Of a stretch of 64,000 nt of DNA, positions 8,972-18,480 are shown in pieces. How positions within the stretch are numbered: the stretch's first letter is position 1; every line of letters starts with the position of its first letter. The position numbers and the translations under genes were made by a program. This DNA comes from Blastocatellia bacterium. Lineage in GTDB: Bacteria; Acidobacteriota; Blastocatellia; UBA7656. Location of the stretch: the NCBI GenBank assembly GCA_963804815.1, contig CAWDRU010000002.1:7126939-7190938 (forward strand), read 5' to 3'. The notes beneath the pieces were generated by a model. The model worked only from the letters and a program-made list of their open reading frames with translations. It ran no database searches and was not told where the DNA came from.

Positions 8972-11900
8972 ATGAAAGTCCCGCTACTTAAGTCTCTTTT
9001 TGTCCTTTTGCTTCTCGTCAGTTCAGTTCACATTTCAATCCACACCGCAGCAGCGCAAGCTGGGCAAGCCGAGCTTACAGGCGAAGTGCGAGATCAATCG
9101 GGTGCTGTAGTCCCCGACACTAAGATCACTGTGACTGAAACCAACTCTAATCAATCTTATCTCACAATGGTGAGGTCGAGCGGCGTCTACACTTTCACGG
9201 GGCTCAAGCCGGGGTTGTATACGGTAGCCGCTGAAGTTGCGGGGTTCAAACGCTACGTCCGCGAAGGCGTCCAACTTGCGACGGGCGAGAAGGTAAGACT
9301 CGACGTTCAGCTGGAAGCAGGGGCGGTTAGCGAAAGTATCACGATCAAATCCGACGCGCCGCTGCTCAGGAGTGAAACGGGCAGCCTCGGCCAGGTCATC
9401 AGCAATCGCAAGATCGTTGACCTGCCGCTCAATGGCCGCACGTTCGTCCAGCTTGTGGCTCTGGCTTCGGGAGTCGCGCTGCCGCCTGCCTCGTTCTTCC
9501 CGCGCATCAACGGCGGTCGCCCTAGGACTAATGAATACCTGTTTGACGGCATCTCGGTCTTGCAGCCAGAGCCGGGGCAGGTCGCTTTCTTCCCGATCAT
9601 TGATGCGATTCAAGAGTTCAAGGTTGAAACCAACAGCCCGCCCGCCGAGTTCGGGCGCTTCAACGGCGGCGTCATCAATCTGACGACAAAATCGGGGGCG
9701 AACGAATTTCACGGCTCCGCATTTGAATTCTTCAGAAATGAAGTTCTGAATGCTCGCAACCTGTTTGCGCCCGCGACGGCAAACGACCCTAACAAACCTG
9801 TGTTCCGTCGCAACCAGTATGGGTTTGTATTGGGCGGCCCGATCATCAAAGACAAGACGTTCTTCTTCGGCGACTATCAAGGCACCCGGCAACTGATCGG
9901 GCGGGTTCGCATCTCGACCGTGCCAACGCTTTTGCAGCGACAGGGCATCTTCACAGAACTGGTTGGTGGGGTCGCGCCCAGGATATTCGACCCCGCGACG
10001 ACAAGGCCCCGGCAGGGCGGCGGATTCACGCGCGATCAGTTCGCAGGCAATCAAATCCCCACGTCCAGAATTGACCCTGTAGCTTTGGCCTTACTCAACC
10101 GTTACCCGCTGCCCACTTCAAGCGCGACAGCCAACAACTTTCGCAGGGTCGCTAATGAGAGCGACGAGCAAGACCAATTCGACATTCGTATAGATCACAG
10201 GTTTTCGGACAAAGATCAGGTTTTCGCGCGTTACTCATTTGCAAAAGATTTGCTCGACCCCGTCACCCCGCTGCCGGAAGGGAGCGGCAACATCACATCG
10301 GGGGCTACGGGTTTAACAGACACTCGCGGCCATTCTTTCGCTTCAAACTACATTCACCTCTTCAGTCCGAGGCTGAGCAACGAGCTTCGCTTCGGTTACA
10401 CACGCCGCGTGATTGACCGCAAAGCATTACTTCTGGACTCGCCGCCTTCCGAGAGTCTGAGGCTGCCGGGCATCCCGTCGAACGCCGCTTTTCAGAACGA
10501 ACTTCCTACCTTCTTAATTGATGGGTTTCAGCAACTCGGCCCTGCCGCGAACACCGATTCCGACTTTCGCACGGATGTGACGGAGATCGTTGACACGGTG
10601 GCTTTTCAGCGCGGCAGACATTCGATTAAGGCCGGTCTGGATTTTCGATGGGAGCGGCTCGACATTATTCAGCCGCCGTCGCCGACAGGGTCTTTCCGCT
10701 TCAGCACTCTGTTTACTGATTTGCCGGGCACGACCGGAGCGGGCAATCCGTTTGCGAGTTTTCTGCTGGGGCAGGTGCAGACCTTTTCAATCGACCTGCA
10801 GCAGAACGCTATTCGTCCCCGCGCTCACATACAGGAATACTTCATTCAGGACGATTGGAAGGTCACGCCGCGGCTTACGATCAATGCGGGGCTGAGATAT
10901 ACGCTCAACTTCCCCTCAACAGAAGTTGATAATCAAGGAGCGATTTTCAACCTGCAAACTCAGCAGTTTGATTTCTTTGGCGAAGACGGATTCCCACGAT
11001 CTGGCCGCGAGCTACATAAGGCCAACTTCGGGCCGCGTCTGGGCGTTGCGTATCGGTTGACGGACAAAACAGTAGTGCGCTCAGGTTATGGCTTGATCTG
11101 GATAGAGATGGCGGGCATTACAACTCCATTCATCAACCCACAATTCCCATTCATCCAGACCGTTTCGCAAAGGACGCTGGACAATGTTAATCCTGCTTTT
11201 GTGCTGAAGGGCGGGCCGAGCGTCGCGCCGATCCCGCTCACGCCTGATGCGGGGCTGGGGCAGGGAGTTTTTTCGGTTGATCGCGGACTCGGCTCCGGCT
11301 ACGCGCAGCAGTGGAATCTGGCAATTCAGCAGGAGATCACAAACAACCTGTATTTCGAGATAGCTTACGCAGGGTCGAAGATCACCCACGTCGGCATACC
11401 TGACACGAACATCAACCAACTCACAGCCGAACAACTCCAGATGGGCGCGGCACTGCTTCAACGCGTGCCCAACCCGTTCTTCGGGCAGATACCGCGCTCA
11501 TCCAGTTTAGGTGACCCGACCATACCGTTAGCGCAACTCCTGAAGCCGTTCCCACGATTCACCACGGTCAGCCTGTTTCGTAACAATGTCGGCAATACAA
11601 ACTACAATGCGTTGCAGATGAAAGTAGAGAAGCGACTTTCACAAGGATTTTCTTTCCTCGCAAGCTACACCCGATCAAAGCTTATAGACGAAGCGTCGTC
11701 TGTCTTTGACGCAAGTATACTGACAGGGCCTGTGGCGAATTTTCCCGTAGCCGACAGTTTCAACCGCAAACTCGAACGCGACGTATCGAGCGGCGACATC
11801 CCGAACGTGTTCGTCGCGAGTTTCACTTATGAGCTTCCGTTCGGGGCAGGCCGCAAGTTTGACCCGCGAGGAGTTGCAGGAAAGTTCCTGCGCGGATGGG

Positions 11901-12334
11901 AAGTTGCAGGAGTCGTAACAGTTCAATCAGGATTACCGCTTGCCGTCACACAGGCGACGAACTTCAATGCATTCGCGGGATTCGGCACACAACGACCGAA
12001 CCGTATAGCCAAGCCCGATCTGCCTGGCGCTCAACAAAGCACCGTAAAGTTTTTCAACACGGATGCCTTCCAGATCGCGCCGCAGTTCACCATCGGTAGT
12101 AGTTCCCGAAATCCTGTGCGCGGGCCGAACTACCGCAACACGGATGTGGCGCTAATCAAGCGGACATACATCAACGAGCGAATGAATGTTGAGTTCAGAG
12201 CCGAGGCATTCAACCTGACAAACACGCCGCCGCTGTCTGCTCCGAATGTTGTGCTCGGTACTCCTGGCTTTGGTTCAATAACAGCAGCAGGCGATCCGCG
12301 AGTAATTCAGTTCGCGCTGAAATTCAACTTTTGA
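8972..12334 (+). CDS. TonB-dependent outer-membrane receptor with an N-terminal carboxypeptidase-regulatory-like domain.
   Basis: 1120 aa with a signal peptide. The N-terminal GEVRDQSGAVVPDTKITVTETNSNQSYLTMVRSSGVYTFTGLKPGLYTVAAEVAGFKR is a CarboxypepD_reg-like domain. Plug and barrel follow, with a C-terminal aromatic ending ...FALKFNF. Confidence 0.85.
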   Translation: MKVPLLKSLFVLLLLVSSVHISIHTAAAQAGQAELTGEVRDQSGAVVPDTKITVTETNSNQSYLTMVRSSGVYTFTGLKPGLYTVAAEVAGFKRYVREGVQLATGEKVRLDVQLEAGAVSESITIKSDAPLLRSETGSLGQVISNRKIVDLPLNGRTFVQLVALASGVALPPASFFPRINGGRPRTNEYLFDGISVLQPEPGQVAFFPIIDAIQEFKVETNSPPAEFGRFNGGVINLTTKSGANEFHGSAFEFFRNEVLNARNLFAPATANDPNKPVFRRNQYGFVLGGPIIKDKTFFFGDYQGTRQLIGRVRISTVPTLLQRQGIFTELVGGVAPRIFDPATTRPRQGGGFTRDQFAGNQIPTSRIDPVALALLNRYPLPTSSATANNFRRVANESDEQDQFDIRIDHRFSDKDQVFARYSFAKDLLDPVTPLPEGSGNITSGATGLTDTRGHSFASNYIHLFSPRLSNELRFGYTRRVIDRKALLLDSPPSESLRLPGIPSNAAFQNELPTFLIDGFQQLGPAANTDSDFRTDVTEIVDTVAFQRGRHSIKAGLDFRWERLDIIQPPSPTGSFRFSTLFTDLPGTTGAGNPFASFLLGQVQTFSIDLQQNAIRPRAHIQEYFIQDDWKVTPRLTINAGLRYTLNFPSTEVDNQGAIFNLQTQQFDFFGEDGFPRSGRELHKANFGPRLGVAYRLTDKTVVRSGYGLIWIEMAGITTPFINPQFPFIQTVSQRTLDNVNPAFVLKGGPSVAPIPLTPDAGLGQGVFSVDRGLGSGYAQQWNLAIQQEITNNLYFEIAYAGSKITHVGIPDTNINQLTAEQLQMGAALLQRVPNPFFGQIPRSSSLGDPTIPLAQLLKPFPRFTTVSLFRNNVGNTNYNALQMKVEKRLSQGFSFLASYTRSKLIDEASSVFDASILTGPVANFPVADSFNRKLERDVSSGDIPNVFVASFTYELPFGAGRKFDPRGVAGKFLRGWEVAGVVTVQSGLPLAVTQATNFNAFAGFGTQRPNRIAKPDLPGAQQSTVKFFNTDAFQIAPQFTIGSSSRNPVRGPNYRNTDVALIKRTYINERMNVEFRAEAFNLTNTPPLSAPNVVLGTPGFGSITAAGDPRVIQFALKFNF

Positions 12335-12775
12335 AAAGAGAAGTCGTTATAGTCTCTTTCGGCGAGCATGGAAAGTGAGGCAGAAAATGAAGCTCTGGGA
12401 ACAAACCAAAGCAGTCTTTAACTCAAGCTGAAAACTCTATGCGGTCGTAGCGATGGCCTTCATCCTGCTGATCGCCTGCAATTATTAAGCGCGTAGAACT
12501 CTTCTAATCCATATTTTTCAATAAGCTTTTCTGCGTAAGTACCCAGCTGAATCTATCTCATATCTTATTTTTAAGTAAGACCAAACAACAAAGTAGCTTA
12601 AGTTTCTTTTTTTGTTTTGTCTTTTGTGTAGCAGTACCTTTAGCCACGCGCGCAAAGATGCTTCTCGCCTTCGTGGAAAGTCAATCACTGATGCCGGTTG
12701 ACTTTAATCAATCGTGATGTATACTACTGCCCCTATATGACTTATCAAGTCTTGTCTTGATTCATTGGAGTAACA

Positions 12776-13456
12776 ATGGAGAATCCAGACATTACAAGTA
12801 AAGGAGATAACTCTCCTAAAATAATCAAGCCAAAAAAAAGCCGCGTTGTCGGTAAAAAACTATGTGAGTTTTTTGTGAATATAGCAGCGCACATTAACAG
12901 ACAAAGATCCCGCAAGTTCTTAGCTGGCTTTTCATTATTTTTATTGTTCGCAATTTCTACTTATGCCGTGATTAGTGTAATAGCTGCATCTGGGCCACGG
13001 TTTCTTTATCGTGATAAGCCATTCAACGAGTTAACTAAAGCAGGCATCGACATAAGGCTGGATCAATCAAGGAGCTTATTTCAAGTTGGTATACTCATTT
13101 TAGGTGGATTATGGGGATTGCTTATTGCAAAAAGAGGTGAGGCAGCCCTGATGTTCAAAGACTATCCTGAAGTAATTATGATTGTGTGTGCAACTATATT
13201 TCTCATTGCATCATTTTTCTTTCATACAGTTTATATAACCAGGATTTCTGATATCTATTCTGACGCCGGAGAAGTAATAGGCAAACAAATACAAGTAAAC
13301 CCCAATGACAAACAACCAATGTCTATTCCAGATGTGTTTGCGCCAAATATAAACTATATGTTTGTCTCCCAAAGTTTATTCCTGATTTCTGGGGTTGGGA
13401 TTGCGTTACTAGCCTTCGTTAGTGCTTACAAGTTCAAACCGGAGAAAACACAATGA
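12776..13456 (+). CDS. Hypothetical integral membrane protein (low-GC island).
   Basis: 226 aa with four hydrophobic helices, in an AT-rich context. Its stop overlaps the next start, indicating an operon. Confidence 0.45.
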   Translation: MENPDITSKGDNSPKIIKPKKSRVVGKKLCEFFVNIAAHINRQRSRKFLAGFSLFLLFAISTYAVISVIAASGPRFLYRDKPFNELTKAGIDIRLDQSRSLFQVGILILGGLWGLLIAKRGEAALMFKDYPEVIMIVCATIFLIASFFFHTVYITRISDIYSDAGEVIGKQIQVNPNDKQPMSIPDVFAPNINYMFVSQSLFLISGVGIALLAFVSAYKFKPEKTQ

Positions 13457-14148
13457 AAAGGCATGTTGTTTTACTATTCTTAATCATTTTAAGCTTAATA
13501 GTTTTTTCAAATCAGATACCTATAAAGCATATAGAGGCTCAGGAAAAAAAGAAGAGTGATGATAAGAAGAAAGACCCTCCTGGACCGCCTGTCGTGCGCA
13601 ATAAGGATCGAGATCAAAGGGTATATAGAGGGATAAATTCAACTCAAGCCACCTCTGAAATACTAACAAGTGATGAAAAATCGTTCTTAGAGCTTTCCTC
13701 TAAAAAAATAAGTGACTTACAGCCGCATGTTCCTGCCACCATGATTCGGAATGATAAAGACACAATCGCTGAATCTTTGAGGGAGATTGAAAGTAAGTAT
13801 GAGAAAAAAGGCTTCGATAATTCCAATATTCGATCTGCGATATTTTTTAGTTGGGCTACACTGCGGGGCGACATTTTAAACCCGGAGGAAAAGCTTGAGA
13901 GAAAAGTTTTTGTATCTTTTGCAAAGAAATTAGGATTGCTTAAAATTTTAACCGATCCGGCTGGAGCAAGAGTGAAGATTGATAATATAGATCGCCCTGA
14001 AACCACCAATATTTCTTTTTGGCTTGTTGGCGGCCAATACCGAATACAAATTACTAAAGATGGATATGTACCTATAAATGAAGAATGTGATGTCAAAGAA
14101 CTTGATGTAACGGAAGTTAAGAGGGTCCTCGAAAAGAAGAATGAATAA
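13453..14148 (+). CDS. Secreted hypothetical protein with a C-terminal PEGA-like domain.
   Basis: Signal peptide MKRHVVLLFLIILSLIVFS. The C-terminal KILTDPAGARVKIDNIDRPETTNISFWLVGGQYRIQITKDGYVPINEECDV resembles PEGA beta-sandwich domains. Confidence 0.45.
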   Translation: MKRHVVLLFLIILSLIVFSNQIPIKHIEAQEKKKSDDKKKDPPGPPVVRNKDRDQRVYRGINSTQATSEILTSDEKSFLELSSKKISDLQPHVPATMIRNDKDTIAESLREIESKYEKKGFDNSNIRSAIFFSWATLRGDILNPEEKLERKVFVSFAKKLGLLKILTDPAGARVKIDNIDRPETTNISFWLVGGQYRIQITKDGYVPINEECDVKELDVTEVKRVLEKKNE

Positions 14149-14524
14149 GACTCTATACACTGCTATTTCTCCTCGCCTCTCCCCTCATTACCTACATTCA
14201 GGATTTAATCGCGGAGAGTAGCTTTTCAATCTTCTGTGGACTGCCAAACTCGCTCTGCTGCGGTGTCGCTTTTAATATCTCCACTGGTTTTTCTTTCGGT
14301 ACTCGCGGAAGCAGGCGTTATACTCCTCGCGGTTCTTGAATGATGAAAGGTTGGGCATACCTTTACAGTACAAGAGTCGATAACTTTGGCAATAATTTTA
14401 CTTGTCCACACTCCTGAAATCATTGCGCGTTATCCCGTAATCTGTAGTACAATGCTGCGGCCACACTTATCCTATGCCGCCAAGAGATCAGGCGGTGAAG
14501 TTTAGTTAAATTGATTACACAACT

Positions 14525-14758
14525 TTAGGCTCTAAATTTCAGCCCTAGCAGTAACGCAGCAAGAATCAACAATGTCCCAGAGCCTAAGTCAGAAGGGGTG
14601 CTTTGTTGATTTGCTTGACCACTACACTCTCCTGGGTAGTCCTCAATACATCCTGCTGTCCCACATTCACAGGCATACCCACTACCAAAAACATGACCTC
14701 CCAGAGCGGGAAAGGACAGACACAAAATGAGCATAACGGTTGCCAGTAATCGTTTCAT
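14525..14758 (-). CDS. Small exported Cys-rich protein of 77 aa with a C-terminal hydrophobic anchor.
   Basis: AAGGAGG sits 5 nt upstream of ATG(MKRLLATVMLILCLSFPALG...). Mature part GSGYACECGTAGCIEDYPGECSGQANQQSTPSDLGSGTLLILAALLLGLKFRA has five Cys plus a C-terminal TM segment and a basic tail. Confidence 0.45.
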   Translation of the reverse strand: MKRLLATVMLILCLSFPALGGHVFGSGYACECGTAGCIEDYPGECSGQANQQSTPSDLGSGTLLILAALLLGLKFRA

Positions 14759-14819
14759 CACTTCCTCCTTAAAGGGGTTGTACGGGTATCTCACATATCA
14801 TCTTTCAAGTTTTCAAGCA

Positions 14820-15974
14820 TTGGGTGAAAGACTTATTCATGAGGCTGAGACTATACAAGCTTTCCGGCAGACTGAAAAGTTAGAAGAATTAGGCTTGATA
14901 CTATCCAACTTCCCAATAAAAGAATACCGGTTAGCAGGCCAATTCTATATCGGATGGTCTATTAATCGGAAGGGTCACGATGCACAGGAATTATTTGAAA
15001 AGGTTGTCGAGGAATCAAACACCTATCGAGCAAGGGCATTAATAGATTTAGGAAGCAGGCAAGCAAGAAAGGGATACTTTAGTTCCAGCATTCCTTACTA
15101 TACTGAGGCTCTTAAGTATTCTCAGAATACCTATACAATCGTACAAGCAGAAAGAAGCATCGCTGCCGCCAAAGGAGTTGAAGGGTACCATATAAAAGCT
15201 CTTAAAGATTTGAAACGGATTGCGCCTTTAGTGCGATATAGTCCACCTATTGAGCGACTCCAGTATTTAAACTCTCTTGCAATAGAATTAGCAAAGGTTG
15301 GAAGAGTGGAAGAAGCCCGAAATGTCTGTCAGATTACACTTGCCTCACCTTTTGCGTTTGCATACCCTGAGTGGCGCGAAACCGGGCAGGAGATAGAACA
15401 AAAATCCCGCCGTGCATCTCGTTCAGTTGTGGCAGTCAGTAAGAAGATTATTCAGCGAAAAATTAAAGAAACATCAAACCAACAATCTCTTGCAACCTAC
15501 GAGCAGAAAATCGAACTGGACAGTAATTTGCTTCCGTTCAGACGACGGCAACCTATCCACCCTCAAATCCCGCTCTACAGTCACCTTGAGACTACGGGTA
15601 ATCAATACACGACAGGTCAAAAACGATCACTCATCGTTGACATCGTTTCCCACCTTAATGAAGTCTCTTTAGATCGCCTCTTTGCTTTGGCCATGGAGCT
15701 TGACGAACCGCAATCTCGCAGGCCAAGACAGATTGATCTTGAAGAGAAAGGCACTCTCGAAACGTTGATGAGCCTCTGGACCAGCGGCGATCTGGACCCT
15801 AACGACCACGTTGCGGTGTTGTCTGCTCTCAGGGATTGCGACAATAATCTCCGCTTCAAAAACATCATCAACGAGATGATTACTTACATATTTCGCTTCA
15901 CACAGGAACGTATGCAAGGCGAATCTTTCTGGCGCAAACGAGTCGAGGCGCAGCTCACTCCTGAAACCGATTAG
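14820..15974 (+). CDS. Hypothetical protein with a helical, TPR-like composition. The start is uncertain (a TTG at 14820 is proposed).
   Basis: The ORF-track ORF 14727..15974 has no internal ATG for more than 350 codons and overlaps the strongly supported minus-strand gene ending at 14758. The in-frame TTG at 14820 removes the overlap. Confidence 0.35.
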   Translation: MGERLIHEAETIQAFRQTEKLEELGLILSNFPIKEYRLAGQFYIGWSINRKGHDAQELFEKVVEESNTYRARALIDLGSRQARKGYFSSSIPYYTEALKYSQNTYTIVQAERSIAAAKGVEGYHIKALKDLKRIAPLVRYSPPIERLQYLNSLAIELAKVGRVEEARNVCQITLASPFAFAYPEWRETGQEIEQKSRRASRSVVAVSKKIIQRKIKETSNQQSLATYEQKIELDSNLLPFRRRQPIHPQIPLYSHLETTGNQYTTGQKRSLIVDIVSHLNEVSLDRLFALAMELDEPQSRRPRQIDLEEKGTLETLMSLWTSGDLDPNDHVAVLSALRDCDNNLRFKNIINEMITYIFRFTQERMQGESFWRKRVEAQLTPETD

Positions 15975-16408
15975 CCTTTGCTTTGCGATTTCATAGTTTC
16001 TATGTAGTTCAACACTTCTTGCAATTGCTTGAGTGACATTTGCAACAACGTCTTTAGTATCTTCGTCAACTCAGGACTCGATACAATTTTCCCAATTGCT
16101 TTTGCAAGAATGGTTCCCGGCCAGGGATCGCGTCTACAGGCTGATTTATAATCGAGTGGAAGCCCTCGTGCGACATTGAAAACATCATCTTCCGGCTCGT
16201 CAATACCGACGGCCAGAGCCTTGAGCTTACTAACGGAAGGGTTCCACGCCTTACCGTTGACGATACTACCGATATAAGCGTCAGTTATTCCTTTAAGACT
16301 ACGTTCCTCAACATTCAGATGAGTGAGTTGTTTTTCTTCGAGAATGCGTTTGACGTACTGGCTAAGTGTTTCGATTTTCTTATTTCTGTCGATCCTGTCA
16401 GTGACCAT
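15971..16408 (-). CDS. XRE-family helix-turn-helix transcriptional regulator.
   Basis: Start chosen at MVTDRIDRNKK (AGGA upstream). The HTH_3-like stretch reads LSQYVKRILEEKQLTHLNVEERSLKGITDAYIGSIVNGKAWNPSVSKLKALAVGI. Confidence 0.5.
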   Translation of the reverse strand: MVTDRIDRNKKIETLSQYVKRILEEKQLTHLNVEERSLKGITDAYIGSIVNGKAWNPSVSKLKALAVGIDEPEDDVFNVARGLPLDYKSACRRDPWPGTILAKAIGKIVSSPELTKILKTLLQMSLKQLQEVLNYIETMKSQSKG

Positions 16409-16536
16409 AGATGTCCTATAGCTAATTAGGAAAGGATATAGTGTGGTCAGTCCCCTTAGGGAAGTCTTGTACCATAGGCTGGGCGGACTCTCAATAGAAG
16501 ATTCAGGCAGACTACGGACTGACGAAAGAATACTCT

Positions 16537-16625
16537 TCCTTTTCCCTGTCAAGGTCGTCCCATAAACGGTACCCTAGACGCCCGTTTCGACTGACCGTTT
16601 CCTTCTCTTCCTGTGACAGGGAAAA
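16537..16625. repeat. Perfect 17-bp inverted repeat, CTTCCTTTTCCCTGTCA ... TGACAGGGAAAAGGAAG, with a nested AAACGG...CCGTTT repeat.
   Basis: Read directly from the sequence. The left arm overlaps the 5' end of the XRE-regulator ORF. Confidence 0.6.
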
Positions 16626-17202
16626 GGAAGCAACCGTAATAGAGATAATCACCAGGTACGCTGTGCCTGCTGAAAGACCAGGCTCTTTGATCTGGGAGAT
16701 AGGATTATACGATCTTGATGCTGTGGCTGAGGAGATCGTTAAAACACTATGCGTAAATTCTTCTCGATGATCTTTGAAATAGCATTTGCCTTATGCTGTG
16801 TGCCTGTGGCTATCTGGCAAAACGAGAGAGCCAGGAGAAAGCAGTAGACTTGCCCCTTTGCCGTTTGGCAGGGGGTGGTAGGGGGTGCGCTCTGAGTCGC
16901 TGCGCAATAGAGAAGGGAAGAGGACATATGCAGTATATTACCCTGCCTTTCCAAAACACTAACCAGCTTGATAATCATAGAGTTCTGAGCGATGAATGGT
17001 TGAAGCCGTTTCAACGGTAGTTTCAACGCTGGTTTCTCAGTTCTTCGTCTATCTTTTTAAGGATAAACTCTCGGTCTTTGCCAAACCACTTGAGACTTTC
17101 GCGGATCACAACGTCCCTTTTCTGCTCATCCCCTGACCTGCTTCCCTAAATTCGAGCCATCGATTGTGAGACAATCGCTCCCATGCGACGGAGGAACAAT
17201 CG

Positions 17203-17472
17203 ATGAAGAAAAGCCGATTCACTGATCAACAGATCGTTGCAATACTTCGGGAAGCAGAAACCAGCACAGATACCGTAGAGACTGTTTGCCGAAAACATTC
17301 TATCTCCGCTCACACTTTCTACCGCTGGCGTAACAAGTTCGGTGGGCTGGAAGTCAAAGACGCTACCAGGCTCAAAGAGCTTGAACGTGAGAATCAACGC
17401 CTCAAGAAGATTGTTGCTGACCAGGCGCTCGATATCTCTGTCCTTAAGGAGATCAACTCAAAAAAATGGTGA
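17203..17472 (+). CDS. IS3-family transposase OrfA (HTH).
   Basis: [19 protein letters not shown]...[18 protein letters not shown] is a typical IS3/IS407-group OrfA. An A7 slippery run at about 17460-17466 overlaps the orfB start, consistent with a programmed -1 frameshift. Confidence 0.85.
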   Translation: MKKSRFTDQQIVAILREAETSTDTVETVCRKHSISAHTFYRWRNKFGGLEVKDATRLKELERENQRLKKIVADQALDISVLKEINSKKW

Positions 17473-18308
17473 GCGCACTCGTCCGCAGAGATATGGTTGG
17501 CTTTGCTGTTGGAAAAGGATTGTCTGTAAGGAGGGCGTGTGCGCTTGTTCGAGTTGCGAGGTCGGCGCGGGGCTACGCCAGTCGCATGAAGAAGAAGGAT
17601 GCTGAATTGGGCGATAAGCTGCGGCTTATCGCCAGAACTCATACTCGCTACGGATATAGACGAGCAACTGCTTTGATAAAGCAAGAGGGTATGGCCATAA
17701 ATTCGAAGCGGGTCTATAGGCTTTGGCGCAAAGAAGGACTCTGTTTACCCAGGCGCAGACCGCGCAAGCGAGTTCGCACAATTTGCCTGCGCCCTTTTGC
17801 GGCGACACGGGTCAACCAGGTGTGGGCCTATGATTTTGTGTTTGACTCCTGCGCCAACGGGCAGAAGTTGAAACTTCTTACAGTAGTGGATGAATCAACC
17901 AGAGAGAGTTTGGCGATAGAAGTAGGAGGCAGGATTAATTCACAGGCAGTGATAGGTGTGCTGATAAGACTGATGAGCGTGCACGGACAGCCCGAATATC
18001 TAAGAAGTGATAACGGGCCGGAGTTCGTATCGAAAGCGGTAAAACAGTGGTTGAGCAGCAACGGAGTGAAGACAGCCTATATAGAAGGAGGCAAGCCGTG
18101 GCAGAATGGGTTAAATGAGAGCTTTAATGGAAAACTGCGAGATGAATGCTTGAACTTGGAATGGTTCAGAAACCGAGCAGAGGCAAAGGTAGTAATCGAG
18201 CAGTGGCGGAAGCATTATAACGAGAAGCGACCGCATTCGAGTTTAGGGTATAAAACACCAGCGCAGTTTCGCGCTGAACAGACTGGCTTGGAAGCTATCT
18301 CATCTTAG
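17466..18308 (+). CDS. IS3-family transposase OrfB (DDE integrase core).
   Basis: 280 aa with rve-type DDE motifs (...VWAYDFVFD..., ...SDNGPEFVS..., ...[24 protein letters not shown]...). Confidence 0.85.
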   Translation: MVSALVRRDMVGFAVGKGLSVRRACALVRVARSARGYASRMKKKDAELGDKLRLIARTHTRYGYRRATALIKQEGMAINSKRVYRLWRKEGLCLPRRRPRKRVRTICLRPFAATRVNQVWAYDFVFDSCANGQKLKLLTVVDESTRESLAIEVGGRINSQAVIGVLIRLMSVHGQPEYLRSDNGPEFVSKAVKQWLSSNGVKTAYIEGGKPWQNGLNESFNGKLRDECLNLEWFRNRAEAKVVIEQWRKHYNEKRPHSSLGYKTPAQFRAEQTGLEAISS

Positions 18309-18480
18309 TTGGCCCGAAGAACGGGGACAGGTCACCCCAATGGCCGCTGAAGGTGGGTTCATACGGGTCAAAAATGGCCCCAGGGGACGTTTTGCGCCCT
18401 TCTGTTTGGAATAATGCGATGTGCGCTGTTTCAACTGCCCTATGAGACGAACAGCAAAACAGCTAAACAGATATAAGTGG

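Larger units (their letters stand above)
17134..18334 (+). mobile_element. IS3-family insertion sequence of about 1201 bp with TG...CA termini and a 3-4 bp CCC(C) target duplication.
   Basis: Ends are TGACCTGCTTCCC... and ...GGGGACAGGTCA, an imperfect inverted pair. Flanks are ...catCCCC|TGACC and GGTCA|CCCCaatgg. Contains orfA and orfB. Confidence 0.8.

Noticed and set aside
9035-10054. 339-aa minus-strand ORF.
   Set aside because: Antisense to the TonB-dependent receptor.
16750-16848. 32-codon hydrophobic ORF (MRKFFSMIFEIAFALCCVPVAIWQNERARRKQ), superficially like a type I toxin.
   Set aside because: No SD or promoter recognisable, and it overlaps other frames equally well.
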